Shown: piece by piece, positions 9,233 through 18,945 of the stretch
How positions within the stretch are numbered: the first letter of the stretch is position 1
Layout of the letters: every line of letters starts with the position of its first letter
DNA from: Candidatus Krumholzibacteriia bacterium
Lineage (GTDB): Bacteria; Krumholzibacteriota; Krumholzibacteriia; Krumholzibacteriales; Krumholzibacteriaceae
DNA: 64,000 bases
Assembly: GCA_963836185.1 (NCBI GenBank)
Contig: CAWIIQ010000001.1
Span: 1,536,001-1,600,000, forward strand
Direction: 5' to 3'
Notes under the pieces: model-generated
What the model saw: the letters and a program-made list of their open reading frames with translations, nothing else
What the model was told of the DNA's origin: nothing
The model's database searches: none
Made by a program: the position numbers and the translations under genes

Positions 9233-10888
9233 ATGCCAAAACCCTCTCTGTTCCGTGCAATACCGATCCTGTTCACTGCCGCCCTGGCGGTGCAGTGCAT
9301 CCCTGTGGATGATGCCTCTATTAACGGAGACAGGGTCGGATCCGCCGCGGGACTGATCGACCTGCAGCTCACTGAGGCCGAGATAGACTCGATGCTTCCC
9401 GATCTGCGCGATCAGCTCGAGTCATACCAGTCCATGAGAGATGTCGATCTCAAGAATGCGGTCCGCCCGGCACTCGTCTTCGATCCCGTACCGCGCAGAC
9501 GACCGGAGACCGGAAATCCCGATCTTCTTAAAGTATCACCGACATCTCGCAGGGATCTCCCGGACGACCTTGAGGATCTCGCTTTCTGGTCCGTCAGGGA
9601 CCTGGCTGAGCTTATAAGGACGAGACAGGTCACATCGACCCAGCTTACAAAGATGTATCTGGGCCGTTTGAAAGAACACGGTCCTTCACTGGAGTGCGTC
9701 ATAACCCTTACCGAGCAGCGGGCTCTCGAGAGCGCGGCGCGTGCCGATGCTGAACTCGCCGCGGGACGATACAGGGGTCTTCTTCACGGGATACCTTACG
9801 GGGCGAAGGATCTGCTCGCGGTCGAAGGTTACAGGACGACCTGGGGGGCAGAACCTTACAGGGAGCAGACGATCGATGAGACAGCTACCGTCATTAGAAA
9901 ACTCGATAAAGCGGGTGCGGTTCTTGTCGCGAAGCTGACCCTCGGAGCTCTCGCGTGGGGCGACGTTTGGTATGGGGGGAAGACGAAGAATCCGTGGAAC
10001 CTCGAGCAGGGATCGAGCGGTTCATCGGCGGGATCGGCATCCGCCACTTCAGCGGGCCTGGTCGCTTTTTCCATCGGGACCGAGACGTGGGGGTCTATTG
10101 TATCGCCATGCACGAGGTGCGGAGTGACAGGCCTGAGGCCGACGTTCGGCCGGGTCAGCAGGGCCGGCGCTATGGCACTGAGCTGGTCGATGGACAAGAT
10201 AGGGCCGATATGCAGGAGCGTGGAGGATTGCGCCATAGTATTCGATGTTATCCGCGGACGGGACGATTCCGATCCTACCACTGTTGACGCGCCGTTCAGG
10301 TACAGGTTCGACGAGGATATTCATGCCCTTCGGATCGGCTTTCTGCCGGAGGATTTCGAGCAGGATGATTTCTACCATGAATCTGATTCGATAGCCCTGG
10401 ACGTTCTGCGCGAGATGGGGATAGATCTCATCCCTGTCTCTCTTCCGGACTACCCGATATATCCCCTTGGCATAATACTCAGCGCCGAGGCGGCTGCGGC
10501 ATTCGACGAGCTGACCAGGTCGGGAAGGGACGAGCTTCTCGTCAGGCAGATCAGGAACGCGTGGCCCAACGCTTTCAGAACGGCCAGATTCATCCCAGCG
10601 GTAGAGTACATCCAGGCCAACAGGATCAGATCGATGATAATGAAAGATATGGAAGACCTGGAAGTCGACATATACGTGGCGCCCTCGTTCGGGCAGAACC
10701 TTCTTCTGACGAACCTGACAGGGCATCCGTGCGTAGTGCTTCCAGACGGCTTCGACAGCGAAGGCGGGCCGGTCAGCATCACGTTCATCGGGCAGCCGTT
10801 CGAAGAGGGAAAACTGCTCGCTTTCGCCAGAGCATACCAGGAAAGAACGGGATATCACCTTAAGCATCCCCCGAAATTCGATAAATAG
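9233..10888 (+). CDS. Exported amidase (amidase signature family)
   Basis: GIPYGAKD, GSSGSSAGS and GTETWGSIVSP (Ser-cisSer-Lys triad); N-terminal signal or lipoprotein sequence. Confidence 0.88.
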   Translation: MPKPSLFRAIPILFTAALAVQCIPVDDASINGDRVGSAAGLIDLQLTEAEIDSMLPDLRDQLESYQSMRDVDLKNAVRPALVFDPVPRRRPETGNPDLLKVSPTSRRDLPDDLEDLAFWSVRDLAELIRTRQVTSTQLTKMYLGRLKEHGPSLECVITLTEQRALESAARADAELAAGRYRGLLHGIPYGAKDLLAVEGYRTTWGAEPYREQTIDETATVIRKLDKAGAVLVAKLTLGALAWGDVWYGGKTKNPWNLEQGSSGSSAGSASATSAGLVAFSIGTETWGSIVSPCTRCGVTGLRPTFGRVSRAGAMALSWSMDKIGPICRSVEDCAIVFDVIRGRDDSDPTTVDAPFRYRFDEDIHALRIGFLPEDFEQDDFYHESDSIALDVLREMGIDLIPVSLPDYPIYPLGIILSAEAAAAFDELTRSGRDELLVRQIRNAWPNAFRTARFIPAVEYIQANRIRSMIMKDMEDLEVDIYVAPSFGQNLLLTNLTGHPCVVLPDGFDSEGGPVSITFIGQPFEEGKLLAFARAYQERTGYHLKHPPKFDK

Positions 10889-10926
10889 TTACAGGACCTG
10901 GATCAGTGAAAGGAAGGCGCGTAAAG

Positions 10927-12993
10927 ATGAAGGGAATCTTATCTGTCGTGATACTCGCGGCGATGATGGTCTCCGGCACAGCAATGGCGAAGCCGGACTG
11001 GATGAAGGGCTCGATGTCGAAGCTCGAGAAGGAACTGACCGGGAAATACGGGTCGGAGCAGAGCGCGAGGCTGGTCAAGGGAATGGACCAGGTCGCCGGT
11101 TTCTGGCGCGAAGATGATGGCGGAGCAGAGGAGTTCGAGTCTTTCGTAAGGGACAATTTCGCGGGTGACGAAAAAACGCTCGACGACCTGTTCGACCGCT
11201 GGGAGTTCCTGCTCGAGAGCATCTACGGGCACATGGGCGAGATCAGGATGGCGATGGGCAGGTACGCGGACCTCGAAATAGGCCCGATGTACGCAATAGA
11301 CAGGGTGACCGCTTCATATTCAGCCTCGGCGCATCTGGCGGACGACTTCTTCGCCAACAAGCTTGCCTTTACAGTCCTTCTGAACTTTCCCCTGACGACT
11401 CTCGAGGAGAGGCTGACGGAGGGGGAAAACTGGACCAGGCGGCAGTGGGCGGATGTCAGGCTCGCGCAGTGGTTTTCGCGCAGGGTCCCGTCCGATGTCA
11501 ACCTCGAGCTGGCGAAGGCGTCGGCCGCTTCCGACCAGTATATTGCCGACTACAATATATGGATGCATCATCTGGTAAACGAAGAAGGTGAACGCCTCTT
11601 TCCTCCGAAGATGAGGCTTCTTTCGCACTGGAACCTGAGGGACCAGATCAAGGCCGACTACGGTAACAGCGAGGGAGGGCTCGAGAGGCAGAGGATGATC
11701 CAGAAGGTGATGGAGCGAATAGTTGATCAGACGATCCCGGAGGTCGTTATCAACAACCCGCACGTGGACTGGAATCCCTACACCAATGAGGTCTGGCCGG
11801 CAAAGGTCAACGATTCCGGCAGCGAAGTTCCCGCGGACATAAAGGTATCGGGCGACAGAGAGCCTGATACCCGCTACAGCATATGGTTCGATACATTCAA
11901 GGCGTCGACGCTCGTCGATAAATACTCGCCGACCGCGCCGACACTGATAGCGCGAAGATTCGACGAAGAACGGGAGATCCCGGAAGAGCAGGTAGAGAAG
12001 ATGCTCGTTCAGGTCTGCTCGTCCCCCCTCGTCAAGAAGATCGCCGGGATGGCGAAGGAGAAACTCGGTCGCGACCTCGAGCCGTTTGATATCTGGTACA
12101 ACGGATTCAGGTCGATGGGGAAATATTCTGAGCCCGAGCTGGACGCGGTCACGAGGGATCTGTACCCGGACGCGAAGGCCTTCGAGAGAGACATCGAGAG
12201 GATGCTCGTCGCCCTCGATTTCCCCGCGGACAGGGCGGAGTATCTTGCGGGCAAGATCCTGGTCGAACCGGCCCGGGGCTCAGGACACGCGGCAGGTTCG
12301 AGCATGTGCTCCGCTCCGGCGCGCCTGCGTACGAGAGTCAGCGCTGAGGGAATGGACTACAAGGGATTCAATATCGCGGCTCACGAGATGGGCCACAATG
12401 TCGAGCAGGTCCTGTCGCTGTGCGACGTAGATTATTACGTCCTTCAGGGAGTGCCTAATACCGCTTTCACCGAGGCATTCGCATACGTCTTCCAGGGTAA
12501 CGACATCATGCTCCTCGGCCTCGAACAGGAAAAGGGCGGCAGGGCGGAGGCGATGTCGATCGTCAATGAATTCTGGATGACCGCGGAGATAGGCGCGGTG
12601 TCGCTTGTCGACATGAAGGCCTGGCGATGGATGTACGAGCATCCCGACGCGACCCCAACAGAGTTCAGGGATGCGGTGATCCAGATCTCGAAGGATGTCT
12701 GGAACGCGTACTTCGCTGATATATTCGGCAGGAAGGACGTGACACTCCTCGCTGTCTACTCACACCTTGTGCATTCGTTCCTCTATCTTCCTGATTACGC
12801 GATCGGACACATGATCGCTTTCCAGGTAAAGGAACAGATGCGGGAGGCCGGCAATATCGGTGTCGAATTCGAGAGGATGGCAGTCGCGGGCAGGATCGCG
12901 CCCGATCTCTGGATGAAGAACGCCACAGGTAAACGGGTCAGCCCCGACGCCCTTATAGAGGCGACTGAGAGGGCGCTTAAGGAACTTGATTAG
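10927..12993 (+). CDS. Exported gluzincin-type metallopeptidase (M2/M3/M32-like fold), family uncertain
   Basis: Signal peptide from ATG 10927; HEMGH with downstream NTAFTEAFA third-ligand Glu; HLVHSFLYLPDY segment. Confidence 0.6.
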   Translation: MKGILSVVILAAMMVSGTAMAKPDWMKGSMSKLEKELTGKYGSEQSARLVKGMDQVAGFWREDDGGAEEFESFVRDNFAGDEKTLDDLFDRWEFLLESIYGHMGEIRMAMGRYADLEIGPMYAIDRVTASYSASAHLADDFFANKLAFTVLLNFPLTTLEERLTEGENWTRRQWADVRLAQWFSRRVPSDVNLELAKASAASDQYIADYNIWMHHLVNEEGERLFPPKMRLLSHWNLRDQIKADYGNSEGGLERQRMIQKVMERIVDQTIPEVVINNPHVDWNPYTNEVWPAKVNDSGSEVPADIKVSGDREPDTRYSIWFDTFKASTLVDKYSPTAPTLIARRFDEEREIPEEQVEKMLVQVCSSPLVKKIAGMAKEKLGRDLEPFDIWYNGFRSMGKYSEPELDAVTRDLYPDAKAFERDIERMLVALDFPADRAEYLAGKILVEPARGSGHAAGSSMCSAPARLRTRVSAEGMDYKGFNIAAHEMGHNVEQVLSLCDVDYYVLQGVPNTAFTEAFAYVFQGNDIMLLGLEQEKGGRAEAMSIVNEFWMTAEIGAVSLVDMKAWRWMYEHPDATPTEFRDAVIQISKDVWNAYFADIFGRKDVTLLAVYSHLVHSFLYLPDYAIGHMIAFQVKEQMREAGNIGVEFERMAVAGRIAPDLWMKNATGKRVSPDALIEATERALKELD

Positions 12994-13056
12994 ACCGTGG
13001 GCATATGATACTTTACCATTCGTTTCGACGATCAACGAGACTTTGAGAAGCGGGGT

Positions 13057-14049
13057 ATGATGGGCAACGACAAAAAGAAGAAAGTGCTGCTTACCGGTTC
13101 CCTTGGACAGATCGGCTCCGAACTGGCGTTCGCCCTCGCGGAGAGGTACGGTGCGGAGAATATCTTCACGAGCGATGTTCGCGAGGATACGCACGGGATA
13201 CTCGATGGCGCCGGTACATTCATGGAACTCGACGTGCTCTCCAGGTCGGATTTTGATTCGATCGTCAGGGACAACGGCATCGAGACGATATATCACCTCG
13301 CAGCCCTTCTTTCGGCTGTCGCCGAGGAGAAGCCGCATATGGCCTGGGAGATAAACATGGAGGGGCTTGTCAACGCCCTGGAGATCTCGAAGGAGAACGG
13401 CTGCGCCCTCTTTGTCCCCAGTTCGATCGGCGCGTTCGGGCCCGACACCCCGCTGGACAATACTCCCCAGGATACGATCATGCGGCCCCACTCGATGTAC
13501 GGTGTGACGAAAGTCTCGGGAGAACTGCTCTGCGACTATTACCACATGAGATTCGGTGTGGATACCCGCGGGGTCAGGTTCCCGGGCATCATCTCGAGCA
13601 AGACACTCCCCGGCGGAGGAACCACCGACTACGCAGTAGAGATCTACTATCACGCGATCCTGTACGGCTGCTACACCTGCGGCCTTAAGGCGGGGACCTC
13701 CCTCGATATGATGTACATGCCGGACGCGATCAAAGCATCGATAGAGCTCATGGAAGCGGATCCCGCCAGGCTGAAGCACCGCAACGCCTTCAACGTTACC
13801 GCGATGCACTTCGATCCGGAGGTCATCGCTGCTGAGATAAGGAAATACCTCCCTGAATTCACGATGGATTATGAGATAGACCCCGTCAGGCAGGCGATCG
13901 CGGATTCATGGCCCAATTACATGGACGACACGGCCGCGAGGGAGGAATGGGACTGGCTGCCGGAATACGACCTGGCCCGTATGACAGAAGATATGCTCAA
14001 GGACCTCGGAGAGAGGTACGGCAGGGGAGAGCTTGAGCTCGAGGGCTGA
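13057..14049 (+). CDS. tdh: L-threonine 3-dehydrogenase (SDR/epimerase type)
   Basis: TGSLGQIG, YHLAALLSA, PSSIGAFG, MYGVTK, PGGGTTDYAVEIY, RQAIADSWP; adjacent to kbl. Confidence 0.9.
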   Translation: MMGNDKKKKVLLTGSLGQIGSELAFALAERYGAENIFTSDVREDTHGILDGAGTFMELDVLSRSDFDSIVRDNGIETIYHLAALLSAVAEEKPHMAWEINMEGLVNALEISKENGCALFVPSSIGAFGPDTPLDNTPQDTIMRPHSMYGVTKVSGELLCDYYHMRFGVDTRGVRFPGIISSKTLPGGGTTDYAVEIYYHAILYGCYTCGLKAGTSLDMMYMPDAIKASIELMEADPARLKHRNAFNVTAMHFDPEVIAAEIRKYLPEFTMDYEIDPVRQAIADSWPNYMDDTAAREEWDWLPEYDLARMTEDMLKDLGERYGRGELELEG

Positions 14050-14073
14050 AAAAGGAAAGGCGAGGAGAGGAAG

Positions 14074-15267
14074 ATGTACACGATAAAGGAAGAGCTCCAG
14101 GAGACCCTGAAGGAGATCAGGGAAGCAGGGCTGTACAAGGAAGAGAGGATAATCGTCACCGAGCAGCGGGCCGATATCAAGGTCAGCACCGGGGAAGAGG
14201 TCCTGAACTTCTGCGCGAACAACTATCTCGGACTCGCGAACAATCCCGACATAATCGAAGCGGCCAGATCATCTATGGATACGCACGGATTCGGCATGTC
14301 CTCTGTCCGATTCATATGCGGCACGCAGGATATCCACAAGGAGCTTGAGAGCAAGATCGCCGAGTTCTTCCAGACTGACGACGCGATACTGTACGCTGCC
14401 TGTTTCGATGCAAACGGCGGTCTTTTCGAGGTCCTCCTTTCGGATGAAGACGCGATAATAAGCGACGCTTTGAACCATGCCTCGATAATCGACGGCGTGC
14501 GGCTCTGCAAGGCGAAACGGTACCGATACAAGAACAATGACATGGATGATCTGCGCGTTCAGCTCGAGGCTGCTAAGGCCGACGGCGCGCGAAGGATCAT
14601 GATCGCAACCGACGGTGTCTTCTCCATGGACGGGATAATCGCCCAGATCGACAAGATATGCGATCTCGCAGATGAGTACGGTGCCCTCGTGATGGTCGAT
14701 GACTGCCATGCGACAGGTTTCTTCGGTCCCACCGGAAGGGGCAGCGTGGAATATTGCGGAGCTCTCGGCAGGGTCGATGTCATCACCTCGACGCTGGGCA
14801 AGGCAATGGGAGGGGCCTCCGGCGGCTTTACAACGGGAAGAAAAGAGATCATAGAGCTTCTGAGGCAGCGCTCGAGGCCTTATCTCTTTTCGAATACACT
14901 GGCGCCTTCATTGACGGCAGCCGCGATCAGGACATTCGAGATGCTCTCAAAACCGAGCCCGATGCTCGAGACGCTTGTAGAGAACACGAAGTATTTCAGG
15001 GAGAAGATGACCGAGGCTGGATTCGACATCGTTCCCGGCAGCCACCCGATCGTACCGGTGATGCTCGGAGACGCCAAGCTTTCCCAGGATATGGCGAACA
15101 AGCTTCTCGAAGAGGGTATATACGTAATCGGATTCTTCTTCCCCGTCGTCCCAAAGGGGAAGGCACGCATAAGGGTCCAGATCTCCGCCGCTCATTCACG
15201 CGAACATCTTGACAAGGCGATAAATGCCTTTACTAAAGTAGGAAAAGAACTTGGAGTGATTACTTAA
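14074..15267 (+). CDS. kbl: Glycine C-acetyltransferase (2-amino-3-ketobutyrate CoA ligase)
   Basis: [41 protein letters not shown] (PLP Lys), [22 protein letters not shown]. Confidence 0.95.
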   Translation: MYTIKEELQETLKEIREAGLYKEERIIVTEQRADIKVSTGEEVLNFCANNYLGLANNPDIIEAARSSMDTHGFGMSSVRFICGTQDIHKELESKIAEFFQTDDAILYAACFDANGGLFEVLLSDEDAIISDALNHASIIDGVRLCKAKRYRYKNNDMDDLRVQLEAAKADGARRIMIATDGVFSMDGIIAQIDKICDLADEYGALVMVDDCHATGFFGPTGRGSVEYCGALGRVDVITSTLGKAMGGASGGFTTGRKEIIELLRQRSRPYLFSNTLAPSLTAAAIRTFEMLSKPSPMLETLVENTKYFREKMTEAGFDIVPGSHPIVPVMLGDAKLSQDMANKLLEEGIYVIGFFFPVVPKGKARIRVQISAAHSREHLDKAINAFTKVGKELGVIT

Positions 15268-15289
15268 AGCACTTTATCAGGAGGTTCCG

Positions 15290-17278
15290 ATGTCCCCAGA
15301 GGCCCTGGCCCTCGCGACCAAGATAATCCCGTGGCTCGGTATCGCGGGACTGGTCTTCTCGATCGGCGCGTATTTCAACATGAAGCGCTATCCCGCCGGT
15401 GACGAGCTGATGCAGAAGATAGCCGACAAGATCCACGCCGGCGCCTTCGTATTCCTCAAGAGGGAATACCAGATCATCTTCATCTTTATAGTCATCGTAT
15501 TCGCTGCCCTGACGTTTACGCCGGGGCTGGGGGTACAGACTGCTTTAGCCTTCCTTATCGGAGCACTCTGCTCGATGGGCGCGGGAGTGCTGGGGATGGA
15601 AGCGGCGACCAGGGCGGCGGTTCGCGCGACCCAGGGAGCCAAGGATGGCGGAATCGGCAGGGCGCTGACCATAGCGTTCGGGGGCGGCTCGGTCATGGGA
15701 GTAGCCGTGGCGGCTCTCGGCGTGGTCGGCCTGGGCTTCTATTTCCTCTTTACGAAGGATCCGAGGATCATCAACGGCTTCGCGATGGGAGCGAGTTCGA
15801 TAGCCCTCTTCGCCAGGGTCGGCGGCGGCGTCTTTACAAAGAGCGCCGATGTCGGAGCGGACCTCGTAGGCAAGATCGAGGCCGGCATCCCCGAAGACGA
15901 TCCACGTAACCCAGGCGTCATCGCGGACAACGTCGGCGACAATGTCGGCGATACGGCAGGGATGGGCGCGGATCTCTTCGAGAGCTATGTCGGAAGCGTG
16001 GTCGCCACGATGGCGATCGGCGCGACATATGTCGCCGGGGAGATCACAGGCAGGATGACCTTTCCTCTTGTCCTTATCTCCGTCGGGCTGATTGCTTCGA
16101 TAATAGGCATACTTTCCCTTTCCGCGCTGAAGAAGGCGGGACCGCAGTCGGCCCTTCGTTACAGCTTCTATATTTCGGTGGTCCTTTTCATCGTCGGCGC
16201 CTGGTTCGCATCGAAAATGGTCCTCGGCGTAGTCGAGCCCTTCTGGGCGGTACTCGCCGGTATCATCGCCGGAGTGCTGATCGGGGTAGAGAGTGAGTAC
16301 TTCACCTCCGGACCCCCGGTTCGGAAAGTCGCCGAAGCGAGTGAGACCGGACCGGCTACAAATATCATAACCGGGATGGCGATCGGTTATGAGAGCGTCA
16401 TCCTTCCCGTCATAACACTGGCCGGCGCGATGTATATAGCCTTCTCATACGGCGGCGGCCTGTACGGCATCGCCATCTCCGCTGTCGGTATGCTTTCGAC
16501 TATCGGTATCGTTATGTCGACAGATTCGTACGGCCCCATCGCCGACAACGCCGGCGGTATCGCCGAGATGTCAGGCGCCGGCCCTGAGATCAGGAAGATC
16601 ACCGACAAGCTCGATTCGATCGGCAATACGACCGCTGCGGTGGGTAAGGGCTTCGCTATCGGCTCGGCAGCTCTGACAGCGCTGGCCCTGTTCAGCGCCT
16701 ACCAGAAAACGGTAGGCATCGAAAGCATCAACCTCATGAACGTCAAGACCGTGATCGGGCTCCTGCTCGGCGCTATGATGCCGTTCGTCATCGCCTCGAT
16801 GACCATGAAGGGAGTCGGAAGGGCCGCGAACAAGATGGTGATCGAGATAAGGCGGCAGTTCCGCGAGATCAAGGGATTGATGGAAGGCACAGCCGAACCG
16901 GATACCGATACATGCGTTGACATCGTCACAAGGTCGGCCCTTCGTGAGATGATCCTTCCGGGATGCATCGCTGTCGTGGCTCCTATCGTGATAGGCTTGT
17001 TGCTCGGAGCGGAGGCGCTGGGAGGATTCCTCGCGGGTGCGACGGCGACCGGCGTGCTTACCGGGATCTACATGGCAAACGCGGGCGGGACCTGGGACAA
17101 CGCGAAAAAGTATATCGAAGAGGGTAACCTCGGAGGTAAGGGTACCGACACCCACGCCGCTGCGGTTGTCGGCGACACGGTCGGCGATCCCCTTAAAGAT
17201 ACGTCAGGCCCGAGCATGAACATCCTCATCAAGCTGATGTCCGTAGTGGCGCTCGTGTTCGCGCCACTGTTCATGTAG
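15290..17278 (+). CDS. hppA: Membrane-bound K+-dependent, probably Na+-translocating pyrophosphatase
   Basis: [36 protein letters not shown] (Ala = K+-dependent), ADLFESY (Glu position as in Na+-PPases), [10 protein letters not shown]. Confidence 0.95.
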   Translation: MSPEALALATKIIPWLGIAGLVFSIGAYFNMKRYPAGDELMQKIADKIHAGAFVFLKREYQIIFIFIVIVFAALTFTPGLGVQTALAFLIGALCSMGAGVLGMEAATRAAVRATQGAKDGGIGRALTIAFGGGSVMGVAVAALGVVGLGFYFLFTKDPRIINGFAMGASSIALFARVGGGVFTKSADVGADLVGKIEAGIPEDDPRNPGVIADNVGDNVGDTAGMGADLFESYVGSVVATMAIGATYVAGEITGRMTFPLVLISVGLIASIIGILSLSALKKAGPQSALRYSFYISVVLFIVGAWFASKMVLGVVEPFWAVLAGIIAGVLIGVESEYFTSGPPVRKVAEASETGPATNIITGMAIGYESVILPVITLAGAMYIAFSYGGGLYGIAISAVGMLSTIGIVMSTDSYGPIADNAGGIAEMSGAGPEIRKITDKLDSIGNTTAAVGKGFAIGSAALTALALFSAYQKTVGIESINLMNVKTVIGLLLGAMMPFVIASMTMKGVGRAANKMVIEIRRQFREIKGLMEGTAEPDTDTCVDIVTRSALREMILPGCIAVVAPIVIGLLLGAEALGGFLAGATATGVLTGIYMANAGGTWDNAKKYIEEGNLGGKGTDTHAAAVVGDTVGDPLKDTSGPSMNILIKLMSVVALVFAPLFM

Positions 17279-17303
17279 TTTCAGGCCGGACACTAAGAGT
17301 TCA

Positions 17304-17337
17304 GCGGGTTCCCGTATTCCGGGGACCCGTTTTTTTT
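17304..17337 (+). terminator. Rho-independent terminator after hppA
   Basis: GCGGGTTCCCG-TATTC-CGGGGACCCGT stem followed by a T run. Confidence 0.85.
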
Positions 17338-17351
17338 CGCCCCTTTCTGTA

Positions 17352-17380
17352 TTTACACCTTTACTCCCGTGTCATAGACT
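17352..17380 (+). promoter_or_regulatory. Sigma70-type promoter of ychF-archease-rtcB
   Basis: TTTACA-17 nt-TAGACT, immediately after the terminator. Confidence 0.6.
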
Positions 17381-17424
17381 CCATGCAGCTTCATCGAATA
17401 TTACGATTATGGACGGAGGTGACA

Positions 17425-18504
17425 GTGGCATTCACGATAGGGATACTGGGATTGCCCAATGTCGGGAAATCGACATTGCTCAACGCCCTTTCCCGTGCTG
17501 GAGCCGAGGCGTCGAACTATCCATTCTGTACGATAGATTCCAATCGTGGCGCCGTAGAGGTGCCGGACTCCAGGCTGGCGACACTGGCCGGGATACTGAA
17601 GCCGAAGGAAGTCATCCCGTCGACGATCATTTATGTCGATATCGCCGGTCTGGTCGAGGGGGCCAGCAGGGGGGAGGGGCTGGGAAACAAGTTTCTTCAC
17701 AATGTCAGGGAGGCGACCATCCTCGCTCATGTACTGCGCTGCTTCGAGGATCCGGATGTCAGCCATGTGATAGGAGCTGTAGATCCTGTCAGGGACGCTG
17801 GTATCGTCGAGACCGAGCTCTTTCTCTCGGATCTCGAGAGAGTCACTTCATGGATCTCCAAGGAAAAGGTGAGGTCGAAGGCGCTGAAAAAGGGAGAGCG
17901 CGGTGATCTCGATTTCCTAGAATCTGTAAGGGAGAAGATCGCGTCGGGTGAGAAGGTCGCGAGAGAGGCTGTCTCCTCGAGAAATCTTGAGATCTTCGAC
18001 AAGCTGCAGCTGCTGACTTCGAAGCCCGTGATATACGTGCTCAATTCGGGTGAGGATGATGATTCCGGGAGGTGCACAGATGCGGCCGCACATTTCGGAG
18101 AGGAAAGAGCGATCTCTGTCTCAGCCCGCCTGGAGAAGGAATTGTCCGACCTTCCCGATGAGGACCGCGTCGAGTTCATGAAGGAGATGGATCTTTCGGG
18201 AGAGGCGAGAGACAGATTCGTGGAAAAGTGTCACGGACTGCTCGGAATGATCCGGTACTATACCTCGGCTCACGGCAAGCTTCAGGCCTGGTCGATCCCG
18301 CTGGGCACAAAGGCTCCGGCAGCCGCGGGGAGGATCCATACAGACATGGAGAAGGGCTTTATCCGGGCGAGAGTGATGAGTTACGAAGATATCGTCGAGT
18401 ACGGTTCAGAGGCGGAGGTCCAGCACCACGGACACCTCAGGACCGAGGGACACGAATACGTGATCCGAGATGGTGACGTGATCGAGTATATGTTCAACAG
18501 GTGA
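17425..18504 (+). CDS. ychF: Ribosome-associated ATPase YchF (Obg family)
   Basis: GTG start after GGAGGT; GLPNVGKST, NYPFCTI, DIAGLV, NxxE G4 (NSGE); TGS domain AAGRIHTDMEKGFIRA. Confidence 0.92.
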   Translation: MAFTIGILGLPNVGKSTLLNALSRAGAEASNYPFCTIDSNRGAVEVPDSRLATLAGILKPKEVIPSTIIYVDIAGLVEGASRGEGLGNKFLHNVREATILAHVLRCFEDPDVSHVIGAVDPVRDAGIVETELFLSDLERVTSWISKEKVRSKALKKGERGDLDFLESVREKIASGEKVAREAVSSRNLEIFDKLQLLTSKPVIYVLNSGEDDDSGRCTDAAAHFGEERAISVSARLEKELSDLPDEDRVEFMKEMDLSGEARDRFVEKCHGLLGMIRYYTSAHGKLQAWSIPLGTKAPAAAGRIHTDMEKGFIRARVMSYEDIVEYGSEAEVQHHGHLRTEGHEYVIRDGDVIEYMFNR

Positions 18505-18507
18505 AAG

Positions 18508-18945
18508 ATGACTGTCAGGGGACACGAGACTCGTGAGCATACGGCCGATATGGGGCTGTGCGGCTGGGGCAGTACTCCCGCTGAGGCCTTTGAGGAAACG
18601 GCCCTTGCCATGTTCGACCTGATGCTCGACAGGCGCGGAGCGGGCGCGGAGAATGACTTTACCCTGTCGCTCGGAGGCAGGGACCTGACCGGATTACTGA
18701 TAGAATTTCTCAACGAACTGCTTTCACTCGCGGACATAGAGGAGACAGCTTTCGTAGCCGTAAGGATCGAAAGGCTTGAAGGCGGGGGCGAGGAGTGGGA
18801 ACTCGACGCCGTGATCGGCGGGATACCGCGAGAGATGTGCGGAAAGCGGCTCCTTTCCGAGGTCAAGGCGGCGACATGGTATGGAGCTTCTGTCACCTGC
18901 GAGAAGGATGGCCGCTGGGTCGCCGGCTGTGTGGTAGACCTGTGA
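18508..18945 (+). CDS. Archease (RtcB activator)
   Basis: EHTADMG, EVKAATW and C-terminal VVDL; stop codon overlaps the rtcB start. Confidence 0.88.
   Translation: MTVRGHETREHTADMGLCGWGSTPAEAFEETALAMFDLMLDRRGAGAENDFTLSLGGRDLTGLLIEFLNELLSLADIEETAFVAVRIERLEGGGEEWELDAVIGGIPREMCGKRLLSEVKAATWYGASVTCEKDGRWVAGCVVDL

Noticed and set aside
9233-10888. Amidase as GatA
   Set aside because: It has an export signal, no gatB/gatC is adjacent, and the motif is TETWGS rather than the GatA SDTGGS.
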